Shown: positions 25,465 to 37,960 of the stretch, piece by piece | How positions within the stretch are numbered: position 1 is the stretch's first letter | Layout of the letters: each line of letters begins with the position of its first letter | Assembly: GCA_030324005.1 (NCBI GenBank) | Contig: JARDVH010000042.1 | Span: forward strand, 68,079,997 to 68,143,996 | Source: Negaprion brevirostris | Taxonomy: Eukaryota | Reading direction: 5' to 3' | DNA length: 64,000 bases | Made by a program: the position numbers and the translations under genes | The notes under the pieces: model-generated | The model's database searches: none | What the model was told of the DNA's origin: nothing | The model's input: the letters and a program-made list of their open reading frames with translations, nothing else

Positions 25465-26620
25465 AGGAATTAAGAGCAGGAATAAACCACTCAGCCTATC
25501 AAGTCTGCTCTACCATTCAATGAGACCATGGCTGATTGCCTACCTCTACAATTTTTTCCCACACTACCTCCAAATCCCGTGATGTCTTTAATGTAGAAAT
25601 CTATTGATGTTTGTCTTGAATCTTCTCAATGATCGAGCCTCTATGGCTTCCTGGGCTAGAGAATTCCAAATATTCACCACTCTCTGAGTGAAAAGAAATC
25701 ATCCTCATCTCAGTGTTAAATGGCTAACACTTCATTCTCAGCCTGTGCCCCCAGTTACAAAGCACTCAGCCAGGGGAACCATCCTTTTTGCATTAACTCT
25801 GTCGTACTGTGAAAAAGTTTTGTATGCTTCATTGAGGTAATCTCTGAACTCTAGAGAATACAGGCTCAGTGTCCTCAATCTCTCCTCATAGGACAATCCT
25901 GTCATCCAAGCAATCAGCTTGGTCAACCTTCGTGGCACTTGCTCTATGGCAAGTATATCCTTAGATAAGAGACCATTGAAGGAGACCAAGATTGTGCACA
26001 ATGCCAGAGGTGCAGTCTTACGAATTGTAGTAAAATATCTTTACTACTGTATTCAAGTCCTCTTCTAAGAAAGGCCAACATCGCAATTACCTTTTAATTG
26101 CTTGCTGTGCCTGCAAGTTAGCTTTCAATGGCTCATGAACAAAAACATCCAAGTCCCTTTGAACATTACCACTTCCTAATCTCTCTCCACTTAAGAACAT
26201 AAGAACATAAGAAATAGGAGCAGGAGTAGGCCATCTAGCCCCTCGAGCCTGCCCCGCCACTCAATAAGNNNNNNNNNNNNNNNNNNNNNNNNNNNNNNNN
26301 NNNNNNNNNNNNNNNNNNNNNNNNNNNNNNNNNNNNNNNNNNNNNNNNNNNNNNNNNNNNNNNNNNNNACATTCACCCTAGCCAGCCTCCTCCTCTTTAT
26401 ATATTTATAAAAACTCTTACTATCCTTTTTTATATTTAGCGCTAGCTTAGATTCATAGTCTATCCTTCCTTTCTTTATCAACTTCTTCGTCATTCTTTGT
26501 TGATATTTAAACCTCTAAATACACAGTGATTCAGTTTTTTCTACCAAACTGGATAACTTTACATATTTCCACATTATATTTCATTTGCCATATTCTTGCT
26601 TGCTCAATTAATCCCCTTGA
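25465..26620 (-). mobile_element. Old CR1 interrupted by a young CR1 (about 26191-26515, gapped)
   Basis: KDILAIEQVPRRLTKLI..GLSYEERL..LYSLEFR; young tail at 26196-26268; KKLIKKGRIDYESKLALNIK after the gap. Confidence 0.9.
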
Positions 26621-26991
26621 AATCTTTGTGGATTATTTATTAGAAAGGAAATCTCACAAAGCACAAGAAACCTCCTACGCTGCAAATTCCTCCTAAACCC
26701 AAAGCGAAAGCCACAAATTAATTGAAGGTTTGCCTCTTTAACAGAATCCATGATATAGCAAATTGAGTTAGATCATTGATGAAGTAAGATTAGTCGATAT
26801 CACAATCCCAACCATTAAGTCAAGCTGACAGTCAGTAGTCAAAGTTCAGATTTGACACAGTCAGAGATGTTGAGAGAGCACAGTCAACCTAATGGAAGTG
26901 GAAGGAGATACTCAGACAGAAAGTGAAAGAAGACAGATAGGTTAATTGGAAGAATGTAGAGAAGAAGAAAAACATGTTGTCCTTTTCATTG

Positions 26992-27707
26992 GGATGGACT
27001 TTACAAAGTGGCGTTGTGAAGTGGAGGTTAGCGGGCAGTAGGGGGAAGGAAATTCTACACCACTCCCAAATGAAAATTCTGTAGTCAACCCACACACCCA
27101 AAAGATGGTTTCCCCATAGTGATATGACACTGCAGGCATCCTAAACTGAGTCAGAATGAGACTTCCATTCCCATCTGAGCAAAATTCCCACCTGAGAGGT
27201 TGACTGGCAGCTCTGTAGCCCTAGCAGTGCCAGGATTGAGTAACGGCTACTTCTGGGAATACAGACAGCTCAGGGAGAAGAAGTGTCATGGATCCCAGAC
27301 TTCAGCTAAATTGAGAGATTTTGTACAGGACTGTCTGGTACTCCTTAGTGAGGGCTGCAAGGACATGGAGGGGCTGTGTTCCGGAGGTGGGAGAGGGGAG
27401 AGTAAAAGGATGGCCACATTCTTGAAGCATGCTTCCAATAGTCAAGCGAGACCCCCAAAGGAGGCAGCCTTTTCATCTGCCTAACAGCAGCCTGTGCAGT
27501 GAAAGCTGCCAGACTGCTTATTTTGCTCTGCCTTTCTCTACTGCACATATAAGCAGCGGAAGTGAATGAGGCAATAAAGTGGCCATTGAACAGGCTACCT
27601 GACGCTTTACATGCCCACTGTACCAAGGTGAGAATGCGATATGCAGGCCACTCATTTTATGAGCCATGTCTTCAAATATATTGGCAACAGGCATAAAATT
27701 CAGCCAT
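26992..27707. mobile_element. GC-rich MITE-like element
   Basis: Begins GGATGGACTTTAC, ends ATAAAATTCAGCC; similar to 16380-16984. Confidence 0.5.
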
Positions 27708-28072
27708 TATATCTTGTCAAGTAATGTTATTTTTGTTAAATACATCCTGGTGTTAAGAAAGAACTTTTTAATGTAAATTACTCTGGCAGTGTCAGTCATA
27801 TATGTTTTGGTTTCGAATACATTGAGAACAGGTACGCAACGCAACCTGTTAAATTTCAGATGTTGTTGATATTGATTTAGTCAGATTGTATCTGGGAGAT
27901 TATGAAAATGTGCCACTTTACATTTTCACATATAAGTTTTTTAAGCTGGAGGGAATCAAGAATACTGCAAGATCTGAGCATTGTGTTATATTGCCCTCTC
28001 TGCTGCCCACTATGTTGGGAAGGTTTAAATAAAGTTTGTTCATATGATGTCTGCCTGCTGTGAATCCACACT

Positions 28073-29166
28073 GGGGACAGAATTCTCCCATTTTGAGGTG
28101 GGGCCCGGACAATGATGTGTTTCCCCACTGCAGAGGCTGGCAGAAGAGTACACCAAATAGTCCGGCCCAACCTCGTGAATTATGCACAATGTGTTTTACA
28201 CCACATTCATAGAACATAGAACATTACAGCGCAGAACAGGCCCTTCGGCCCACGATGTTGCGCCGACCTGTTAAAAAACAATGACCCTCTAACCTAAACT
28301 AATCCCTTTCCATCCATAAACCTATCCACGGATCTCTTAAACGCCCNNNNNNNNNNNNNNNNNNNNNNNNNNNNNNNNNNNNNNNNNNNNNNNNNNNNNN
28401 NNNNNNNNNNNNNNNNNNNNNNNNNNNNNNNNNNNNNNNNNNNNNNTAATCCTATCAGCCAAAGTCTTCTCATGTCCTCTTTTAGCCCTTCTTAACTCAC
28501 TCTTCAACTCCCTCCTAGCCAATTCGGTGGCAGGACAGGCATGGATGATGCACAGTCAGCCAGAGTGTCCGAGTGCCATATTTAAAAGGTGCCCAACATT
28601 ACTGACCCACTATTGAAGAAAGAAGTTAGATCTCTTGAAAATTAAGATAGATCTCCAGGAGCACTCTGAGACTGGAATGTGGGCCTCCTGAGAATGAAGA
28701 TGGATTCCAGAAACACCCTGAGGCTGGACAATGGACCGTCTCCAGGACGCCTAATCTGGAAAATCCACTAATAGATACTCCCCAAACTGTGCTTTTCCGG
28801 GATCCAGGGTTTAAGGTGGCCTCCATCTCAAACTCCAAAGGCAGACCCAGGCATTGTTTAGGTGTGTCCCAACATCCGCACACTATGTTGTTCCAAATGT
28901 GTTTTGTGCCAGGCATGTTTACCCATTGTAATCATGGGGAATCTGGAATGGTGGGTAGTTCAGGCCTTCATCTGCATCCCATTAACAAGATGCAATGAGG
29001 TTTACACCGGCCTCTGGTGGGTTTTCACACCCACCATGGTGGGCACCAGTGGAAGATCCTGATGTAAATTCATGCCAGCATGAAACTGTTTTCTTGGTTT
29101 CCCACTATATTCTTCCCTCACACCCACAATCGAACCACCAGCAGGAACTGGGGATAAATCTGCGCA
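28073..29166. mobile_element. MITE-like element interrupted by a CR1
   Basis: Starts GGGGACAGAATTCTCCC, ends ATAAATCTGCGC. Confidence 0.5.
28208..28520 (-). mobile_element. CR1 with interior collapsed in a gap
   Basis: Tail CATAGAACATAGAACATTACAGCGCAGAACAGGCCCTTCGGCCC; ARRELKSELRRAKRGHEKTLADRI. Confidence 0.88.
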
Positions 29167-29527
29167 GTGAATCTATCTCAATACAAAACGCAACAACTTT
29201 CAATATGGACAGCTATGAACTTTATTTACGTTGCACAATGCCATTTAAGTAGTAATTTTCAACTACAATTACGAAGCAATCTAAACCTTGCTATTATTCC
29301 AGATTGTAATAAAATTTGCTTTTGTCACGGATTTCTATTAACTTGTGCTCATTTCAGATTGCAATCAACTTAACTTCCATTTTGAACCCAGCAGTAATCA
29401 ATTTAGTGTTCCTTGGAAATGTACTATATTGCTGCACTTGCAAAACAACCTGAAGAGAAACAAATAAATTCCAGTGTTCAAAGAAGCCTTTTATGTTCAA
29501 TAACAGTTTTACTTGTGCAGACTGGGT

Positions 29528-31590
29528 GGTCATATGGATATTGGGATGATGTTTACAAAGGGGTCACTTGTCAGGAGCACAGGAGTTCTCCTGGAGTGTG
29601 GACAGAGACAGAGCACGTAAGAACTGCTCAGTTACTGTTAACAAACATCAACTGTTGTTAGTCCCTGGTCCTCAGTTACTGGAACCCAAAACTTTTACAT
29701 GATGTCAGAAGTTGGCAGAATGCCATAGGGACTTTGCCGCATCGAACAACTCGTGTTTGATGAAAGTCTTGCACTGGAAGAAATTTGGAAAAGAGTGGTG
29801 TATCTACTGCAGTGCCAGCCTATTGGACAAATTAAAGAAGGCACAGGTGTACACTCTACTTAAGTTAGTGGGTCTTGAAGCGGTGGAGAAATTTGAGTCC
29901 TTTGTTTTTCAAACAGACGAAGAGAAGGAGGATCCTGAAAAAGTTCAAGCACACATGTACACCAGTAAAGAATATCCTACTGGATAGGCATGCATTCAGT
30001 ACAACAAACCAAAAGTTTGATGATTCTATTCAGTCATATGATGCGACTTTTAAAGTTCTAACGAAAAAATGCATGTTTTACACACCGACGAGCTGGTGAA
30101 AGATCGCATTGTAATGTGGGGTGAATAGTGATGTTGGCCACAAGCAACTTCTTTGAGAAAAAGATCTAATGTTGGGATCTGCCATCAGCATCGGTATACT
30201 GAATGAGCAGTCAGAAAGAAACAGCAAAGAGGTAAGGTGGGAAACGGAGACTTTTTTGTGGTGCAGGACAAACCTTGCTCCAACTGTGGCGGCCATCACT
30301 CACAGGACAGAACTGCATACCTGGCATTTGGTAAACATTGTAACCAGTGTGGTAAATGGAACGGTTTTGTGAAATGCTGCGGAACCAATACACAATGGAC
30401 TTCCCATGCCACCAATCACACTGCATCCAGTTTAACTCCAGGTTCCAGAACATGAACAGGGCAAATTAATTGGAATGCAATTGGAGTAACCAAGGTATGG
30501 CGCCTCCAAAAACACTTCACTGTGAGAGTCTTGGTCTCATTATGCAGAAGGTGAGATTTTCACCATATAAAATAATGCCTGAACCAATGCAAAACTGAAA
30601 GTAAAGATCAACACAGGAGCAGAGTACAAGGCCTTGCCCAGGCATTTGCTGTGGGAAATCGACCCATATGCTGCACCAAATCCTGACCCTCAGGTGAATC
30701 TCGTGGCATATGGTGGGCAAAGTATTCACACAGAAAGTGTGCTCGCTCTCCGCTACACACAGGGCAGTTTACAGTTTCGTGTCATTGACCAAAACATAAA
30801 GCTGCTTTTGGGTTTTTGGGACAGCATCACACAGGGGTTAATCCACTTTGATGTACACACCCTGCAGCACCGGCTCCAGAAATTATGGAATATAAAGAAC
30901 TATTCAACTTTAATATCACTGGCAAGCTACCTGTAATATATCAGATGAGGCTAGATGACTCGGTACTACCCATGGTCTGTGCTCCCAAAAGGGTCCTTAG
31001 TGGTGAAGCAGAAAGTCATTGATGAGCTGGACTGCATGAGGACACTGGGTGTCATAGCCCCACTGACGGGAATGAATATTGGCAATGATGGCCGCAGTAT
31101 AAAAATCTGTTTTGATCGAGTCCACCTGAATAAGTCACTCCTCAGCCCTCATCACCCTATGAAGACAATGGAACAGTTTATAGCTGGCATGCCCAATACC
31201 AAGGTCTTCAGCTCTTGGATATGAAGTGCAGGTTCTGGCAAATTGTGCTGCATCATTATCTTTGAAACTCATCTTAATCATGTCTCTGGTAGGCAAATAC
31301 CATTTCCTCCGTTTGCCCTATGTGATCTCCACTGGCAATGAGGTCTTCTAATGCTGTGTGAAGCTACTCTTTGAAGAACAACCCTGAGAAATCATTGTCG
31401 ATGACATCCTAGTCTGGGTAGTATAATGCAGGAATATGATGTACATCTTTGACCAGTCCTTGACAGAATCAGGACCATTCATTTGAAGCATAACCCTGCT
31501 AAATACAGCTTCATGGTCATGCAGGTTCCCTACATGGGTCACTTGCTCACAACTAATGGTGTGAAGCCAGATCCAGACAAAACAGAGTTG
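29528..31590 (+). mobile_element. Decayed Ty3/Gypsy LTR retrotransposon (5' LTR, PBS, gag, protease, RT), 3'-truncated
   Basis: LTR end TTACA at 29699; PBS TGATGTCAGAAGTTGG; gag HWKKFGKEW..LLKLVGLEAVE; knuckles CSNCGGHH and CNQCGKWN; KVKINTGA; IIVDDILVW at 31391; GVKPDPDK. LTR start approximate. Confidence 0.92.
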
Positions 31591-31730
31591 GAGTCACATC
31601 TTTACAGAGAAATACAAATACTATTAAAGAGCAGATACAATTTCATTGTCGTGATCTGAAGTTTATTTTAAAATTCCCTTGTCTTTAGTGTTGAGAAAAA
31701 TAGGATTAAGCTGTTAGTGAGAATTAAACA

Positions 31731-31748
31731 ACTGCCATCTGCTGGTCA
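31731..31748 (-). promoter_or_regulatory. CTCF-like motif
   Basis: Minus strand TGACCAGCAGATGGCAGT matches core CCASYAGRKGGCRS. Confidence 0.45.
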
Positions 31749-33709
31749 ACTTTGATTGACAAACACTTGGTGTATGTTAGAAAAAATGACCATCAGCTCC
31801 ATAGCTTCAGTAGAATCATTTGCTGACATTTCCCATGGGCTGCTATAATGTCATTATGAATGTGTGGCTGATTTTCAAAAGCCACAGTTATCTCAGCAGG
31901 TGTTTCTGAGTTCTCCGTTTGATTGATAGCCTAAAGATCGGCTGTTGTTGATGTGGTTACTGAATAGAACTGTTAGTTTTTAGTAAATAGATCAATTACT
32001 TGAACATATTTAAAAGCTTTGAATGGGTTACACGAATGGGAGATTTTTCATTATCATCTGTAGCTCTTCAGGTCTTCTCATAATGGATACTGGTTGAATG
32101 GTTATAGAGGCGGCATGAAGGGGTTTGAAGAGGCATAGAGGTAGGTGAGAGCATGAGCTGGCATGTTATGAGGGGGCATAAGATGGGTGAACAAGTATAA
32201 AGAGTGAATTCTAGAGCCCCTTATAACTTCTAAAACAGAAAGAACCAAGATGAGCCTTCTAATCAGCTCTCTTACCTGCCTCCATGGCTGCTTATGACCT
32301 GCTTCCAGGGTTGGCATGCCTGGCTGTATGCTGTTGTCCCGTCCCCAGAGTGAAAGAGTGAAAGCTTACAGAGCCTTTAAACTGAAGTGGATCTGCTGAG
32401 CTGAAAAATTCCTCAACTCAAGCTACCCACCTCACTAGCAAAAGTCTTGGCATGGGATCTTTTAATTCCACATGCACAAATAGATTGTGCCTCTGGTTAA
32501 CAATTCATCTGAAAACAACATTTCTAACAACAGTGCTCTACTCAAATGCCAGCCAAGATAGGATGCTCAAGTCCTGGAGTAGGGCTTGTACCTTGATCAA
32601 AGGAATGAATGCTGCTGCTGAGCCAAGACTACTCACAATTTGCATCAGAATAGTAGTAAGATGTAAACCTGCTCATAAAATATGTCCATCTATGATTGCT
32701 CAGAGCTGTATTGCATTAGAAAGTGGATCGCTAAAGGCCAATAAGATAAAGTATTGCCACATCTTGATACCTTTTTCTAAAAAACATCTGAAAATGTTTT
32801 CAATGAAAACAGTATTTCAGCCACACTTCTGGCAGAGTTAAAGCAATTGAGCAGGGCCGGTTCTGATCCTACTTTCCTGCTGTGGGATTTTGTCAATATT
32901 TTTATTAAAATCTTATTTGCCGTGCCCCAAATGTACTTAAAATATCAGGAGCCTTTATAAAGATGACAAATATTTCCTCGCATGTAGCCACTCTTTGTTT
33001 ACATGGCCACATTCATTTCATTTCACTCTTCATTCATTAAAATGGTGCTCACATACACTTTCTCACTTCATTGACCAGCGTTTAATGCCAGGCTTAATAA
33101 GACTGTGAGATCACTCGTGTTCGATCAGGTATGTTAGCTGATAATTACAACTAATACTAATCTGACGTTTGGTTGGGACATCAACGGTATTTGAAAGTGC
33201 AGCAAAAAAAGAGCAGAATAGTCTCTGTGGACGGTATTTAACATGGTCCTTGAGAATGGGTTTGGAGGTGGAGGTGGCTGGGAGAATGATGGATAAGAGG
33301 GACTCACTGGAGCAGAACCCTGGTGATGTGACATTAGGTCCACATTATGCCTGGCTGAAAACCTGGAAGATGACATTGGCATTGTTGCTGTGACGCAATG
33401 TGACTGACAAGGTAACCAACTCATTTATAGGCTGGTATTTATGATTCAGTGTTTTGCATTAAACAAGCAGCACACAGGGATCACGGGCTGTCAGTTCCAG
33501 GCTGCTCAAAGTGGGGCAGCACTGAGACCAGGTTTACCTCTCAAAGTCAGTCATCTTATTGTTGCTGTAATTTGTCATTCACATTGGTGGAAGAGAGGGG
33601 AAGGATTGTCATTGCTGGAGTGTGGTGTGAGGCCTCTGGGGTGTGTGGTGGAGGGAAGTAGTCTGTTGATGGGCTCACAGGTACAATGGGGCAGTAGTAT
33701 TGTAGTAGT

Positions 33710-33799
33710 AGTGGAGTTCTGCAATACACTGCAGCAAGGATCTCCCACATCATCATAGTCTGCTGTGCTCTGCAAAACCTTGCACTACGGAGGAGAGAG
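33710..33799 (+). mobile_element. PIF/Harbinger transposase C-terminal fragment
   Basis: SGVLQYTAARISHIIIVCCALQNLALRRRE matches the HARBI1-type LQY...CCALHN motif. Confidence 0.85.
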
Positions 33800-34230
33800 G
33801 CTTACTTTAGGAAAGTCTGGATGTATGTCACTGTTTCTCTGAAGAGAGTGTGGAAGAAGTGGCAGGGCAGACAGTGCAGGGTCATGAGCTCTTGCACAGA
33901 ATGCAAGGACCATTGAGAGGTGCACAAGCCTTGGGATGACTTAATTCAAACCAGCTTCCAACAACCAATATCTGTCTAATAAATACTCACCCACTCTTTG
34001 ACCACATGTCATCCACTTCATATTGCACAGCATTGCCTAGTGACCAACTGTTCCATGCACACTGAAACTGCTGAGGAGCTGACCATACTCAGCCTTCACA
34101 CTAAGGTTCAAAGGTGAAGGTTACATCTGACAAGGCAGCAAAAACAGATCCATAACAGTAATTGCGACGTGCATTTACTTCGTCTTGTCAGAGACAGTTA
34201 ATAAAATCCAAGTAGCAAAATTCAAACCAG

Positions 34231-34457
34231 TCTCCCATTCATTGACTCTGTCTACACTTCCGGTTGCCTCGACAAAGCAGCCAGCATAAGTAAGGACCTC
34301 ACACACCCCATACATTCTGACTTCCACCTTCTTCTATCAAGAAAAAGATACAAAAGTCTGAGATCATGTACCAACCGACTCAAGAATAGCTTCTTNNNNN
34401 NNNNNCAGACTTGTGAATGGATCTATCTTGCATTAAGTTGATCTTTCTCTACACCCT
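34231..34457 (+). mobile_element. Rex1/Babar LINE 3' end
   Basis: LPFIDSVYTSGCLDKAASI.KD.THP.HS.FHLL.S.KRYKSLRS.TNRLKNSFF. Confidence 0.85.
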
Positions 34458-35919
34458 GCATGCTGAGGGTCTTCCACACAGGTTCAGAACCCCACTTTGT
34501 TGCTTAGCTACTGGAGGTGCTAGGGTCACAGGCAGAGCCTGAGTGCCATTGTTCACACCTAAAAGGAGCCTTCAGGTGCATATGGATCTTGTACTTTGCT
34601 GTCCACTCTTGCTTAGCCAATGCTTGGACATACAGTTGGTATATAGATCTGTGCAGCCCTCCAACATTCACTGACAGTTCTACTGGATCTGGCTCTTCAT
34701 GACGATCACCAACCTCTCGGTGGAGAAATCCATGCCTGAGACAGCAGCACTCCTGGCCTGGATGGANNNNNNNNNNNNNNNNNNNNNNNNNNNNNNNNNN
34801 NNNNNNNNNNNNNNNNNNNNNNNNNNNNNNNNNNNNNNNNNNNNNNNNNNNNNNNNNNNNNNNNNNNNNNNNNNNNNNNNNNNNNNNNNNNNNNNNNNNN
34901 NNNNNNNNNNNNNNNNNNNNNNNNNNNTGATGTCCTCAGCTGTCACAGCCTCGGTCAGCTCCTTCAGGATGTCAGTGATGTGCTCATGAATTTGTGACCT
35001 TGACTAGGATTTTCAAAGGACCATGGGGTCAGGATCTGGTGTGGGCAGGCTTTTAAAATTGTAGTCCCAGTGCCCCCAAGACAATTCCAAATTTCAAATT
35101 GGCCAGTGATAGGATTAGAGTGGGGAGAACTCTTGCCTCCAGTTAACAGCCCTAATAAACTCCTCAAGGAGCTTGTTAAGAGGCCTGTCGGAACGGAATA
35201 ACATTTTTGCATTTTTCCGTGGCAAGCCTGAGTATTCTTATGCGTATCAGTGCACAGCTGTCAGCTTATTCCAGGGCCCTGTTACATTTCCTTGGAGATG
35301 GTTTCTTTGGAGAGGAATCTGTGGGGCTAACTAACATTGGCACAAGGCCTAACCTTGTCATACAAGGCTGGCTTCTGTCATGTTCAACTTCCTGACCTTC
35401 TGAGGGGCTGCCTGCTTAAATCAACAAGCCAGTGACAGTTCCCAACATGGCTACCACCTTTCTTTGCTGTTGGTGCCAGGCTGAAAACTCCTGCTTTCTG
35501 AAAGCACTCTGTGCTTCTAACTGAATGCTGAACTCAGTCCCTGGCCAATTAGGGCCTTTTAAATTGTTGTCTCGCAAGCACGACACTGCTTAGGAACAAG
35601 GTCGGGACCCGGATTTCATCCAAATATCAAGTTCCTGACCTGAATGCTGTACCCTGAGTCTAATTGTATTTGCATATCTCTTAACAAAGACTATGTGTGC
35701 TGGTGGAGGGTGTCACTGTATCCTTTGAGGATTCCTCCTTCTCTCAGGGGTGCACTGTGGGTCCCCAGTCTTTGTGACGGACTGACTTTCAGGTGTACTA
35801 GAATCTGAACGACAGAAAACAAACAGTTAGGGTTTAGGACCTCACATTTGTCCCCCATCCATACCAGCTGTGAATTTCCATTTGTCCAGTGATGGATACA
35901 TGAACACAATGTTTCCTCA

Positions 35920-36545
35920 ATCTCTTGGTGGCCACTCCAGTCTCGCCATCTGTGACCTCCCAGCAGCCTGAGATCCAGTAGTTCTAGGGCCTCCTCCTCG
36001 TCTGGTGTCTTCCCTTCTCGGCAACTCCATCATCAGTCTTGTCTCTTTCCTTGCAGTTGTGGGCCTATTCCTCCTGCAGGAAGAAGAAGGGATAATGTGA
36101 GTTTCCACACAAAGACTAATATGACACATTTCCTGACTCATGATAGTGGCTTCTGAAACCTTCCTCCAAATGTCTACTCTCAAGGCACTTGGAGAAGGTA
36201 AACAAAGATTGACATATGATCATCATTAGGCATCGTGTGACAGCTGGTGATGACTCTCCCCTTTGCCAATGCCTGGTTGGTCACATCGTCTCCATGTGGC
36301 AACCCATCCTACAACAATAAGCCATATGTAGGATTCATCCTGGTGGTTTGGAGGATGCAATTGAACTGTTTGTGCCATTTCACCCAGGACGGGGCGGGGT
36401 AACCTCATGACTGCTGACTTCTGTTGCTATGTCTGTCTGGGCTTCCTTGGTCAGGTGGGAGGCTCTCTTCCTGCCACGCCTCGGGAAGAGAAGTTCCACC
36501 TTTCCCGTGCAGACTGGAGGAGAACCTGTAGCCGGCATCATTAAG
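35920..36545 (-). pseudogene. Harbinger Myb/SANT-like DNA-binding gene, two exons, decayed
   Basis: LQVLLQSARER/ELLFPRRGRKRASHLTKEA..IATEVSS/SWVKWHKQFN; intron 36074-36338; exon 2 EE*AHNCKERDKTDDG..DEEEALEL; TIR-like AAATTCTGCC near 36667. Confidence 0.8.
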
Positions 36546-37184
36546 TTAATTGACCGGCTGCCACATGATCATGGTTAACTGATTAAATTGCTTCTGTACA
36601 GCGGTGGTGCCTGCTTCCAGGTATATCACCAAGAGCTGCACTGCACCATGTGTGTCAAATTCTGCCTTACCTTACAGATCTTGGCTTGAGATGGTAGTCA
36701 GGATATATCACATGTAAAGCTGAGCTGAGATAGAAAATATCTGTCAGAACTCCTCTCCTGATTATTATCTAATAGCCCTTGGTGCAATTGGATGTGACTG
36801 AAAATAGGATAACTTTATGCAAAAAAAACCACTTCATAAGGTATTAGAATGTGGAAACTACCTGTGGAATAGTATCCAACATGATTCAGTACTTCAGGCA
36901 TGGTGAAGGAGGGGTTAATGGGTGACATTGACAAAGAGAATGCCAACATGAACAACTCACATTTATATAGTGTCTTTAATATAAAGAAACATCACAACAC
37001 ACTTCAGAAACAGCTGTAAGGAAATGGACACTCACCCAGGATGGACGGCATTACAAAGGGTCATTGCAGTCTTTGATCAAAGTGGTAGCGCTTCGAGAGG
37101 TTTTTAAAGATTGAAAGTGAAAAATGGGGAAGCAGAAAGATGTAAGCAGAAAATTTCAAATGATGGGACAAAGCGGGGATATCT

Positions 37185-37395
37185 ACCATCTTGTCCCCTC
37201 ACGTGGATATAAAAAAAATTACATGGAAGAGCAGGAATTCTCTCTGGTGACCAGCCAACATTCGTTCTTCAACCAACATCATTGATGAAACAGACTATCT
37301 GATTGTTATCCTGTTGCTGTTTGTGGTATCTTAATGGAAACTCAATTTCTTCAAAATACTTTAGAACATCCTATGGTTGTGAAAGGTTTTAAATG
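37185..37395 (+). mobile_element. Deu-domain SINE fragment
   Basis: GAAGAGCAGGAATTCTCTCTGGTG, TTGCTGTTTGTGGTATCTT, TTTAGAACATCCTATGGTTGTGAAAGG. Confidence 0.7.
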
Positions 37396-37652
37396 TAGGG
37401 CAGCAATCTCCAGTGCCCCCCAAGATGGGTTTAATGGCAAGCAGAGGGGAGAATACAGTGGGAATTCCAAAATCCATTTCAGACTGGTGTAAAATCTCAG
37501 CAGGATCTTCTATTCCTGCCCATTATGGCAGGTCACAATACGCACTAGACAGCAAGAGTTTCACCCCGCCAATTGGATCCAAACTAAAGGCCCAGTCAGT
37601 ATCACCTTCTCCTCTCCAACCTAACACTCAGTTATCCATTCCGTCAGAAGAA

Positions 37653-37960
37653 AATCATAGAATCCCATTTGGCCCATCGAGTCTGCACTAACCACAATCT
37701 CATCCAGGCCCTATCCCCTTGACCCCACTTATTTACTCTGCTAGTCCCCCTGACACTATGGGGCAATTTACCATGGCCAATCAACTTCACCTGAACATCA
37801 TGGGACTGTGGGAGGAAATCGGAGCACTCAGAGGAAACTCACACAGATATCTGGGGAGATTGTGCAAATTCCACACAGATAGTGACCCAAGTCCAGAATT
37901 GAACACAGGTCCTTGCTGCTGTGAGGCAGCAGTGCTAACCACTGTGCCACCATGCCACCC
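37653..37960 (-). mobile_element. HE1-type V-SINE
   Basis: GTGAGGCAGCAGTGCTAACCACTGTGCCACC; TGCAAATTCCACACAGA. Confidence 0.9.

Noticed and set aside
24780-31590. One Copia-order element with integrase before RT
   Set aside because: The integrase lies upstream of the LTR and PBS and is separated by other insertions, so these are two Gypsy remnants
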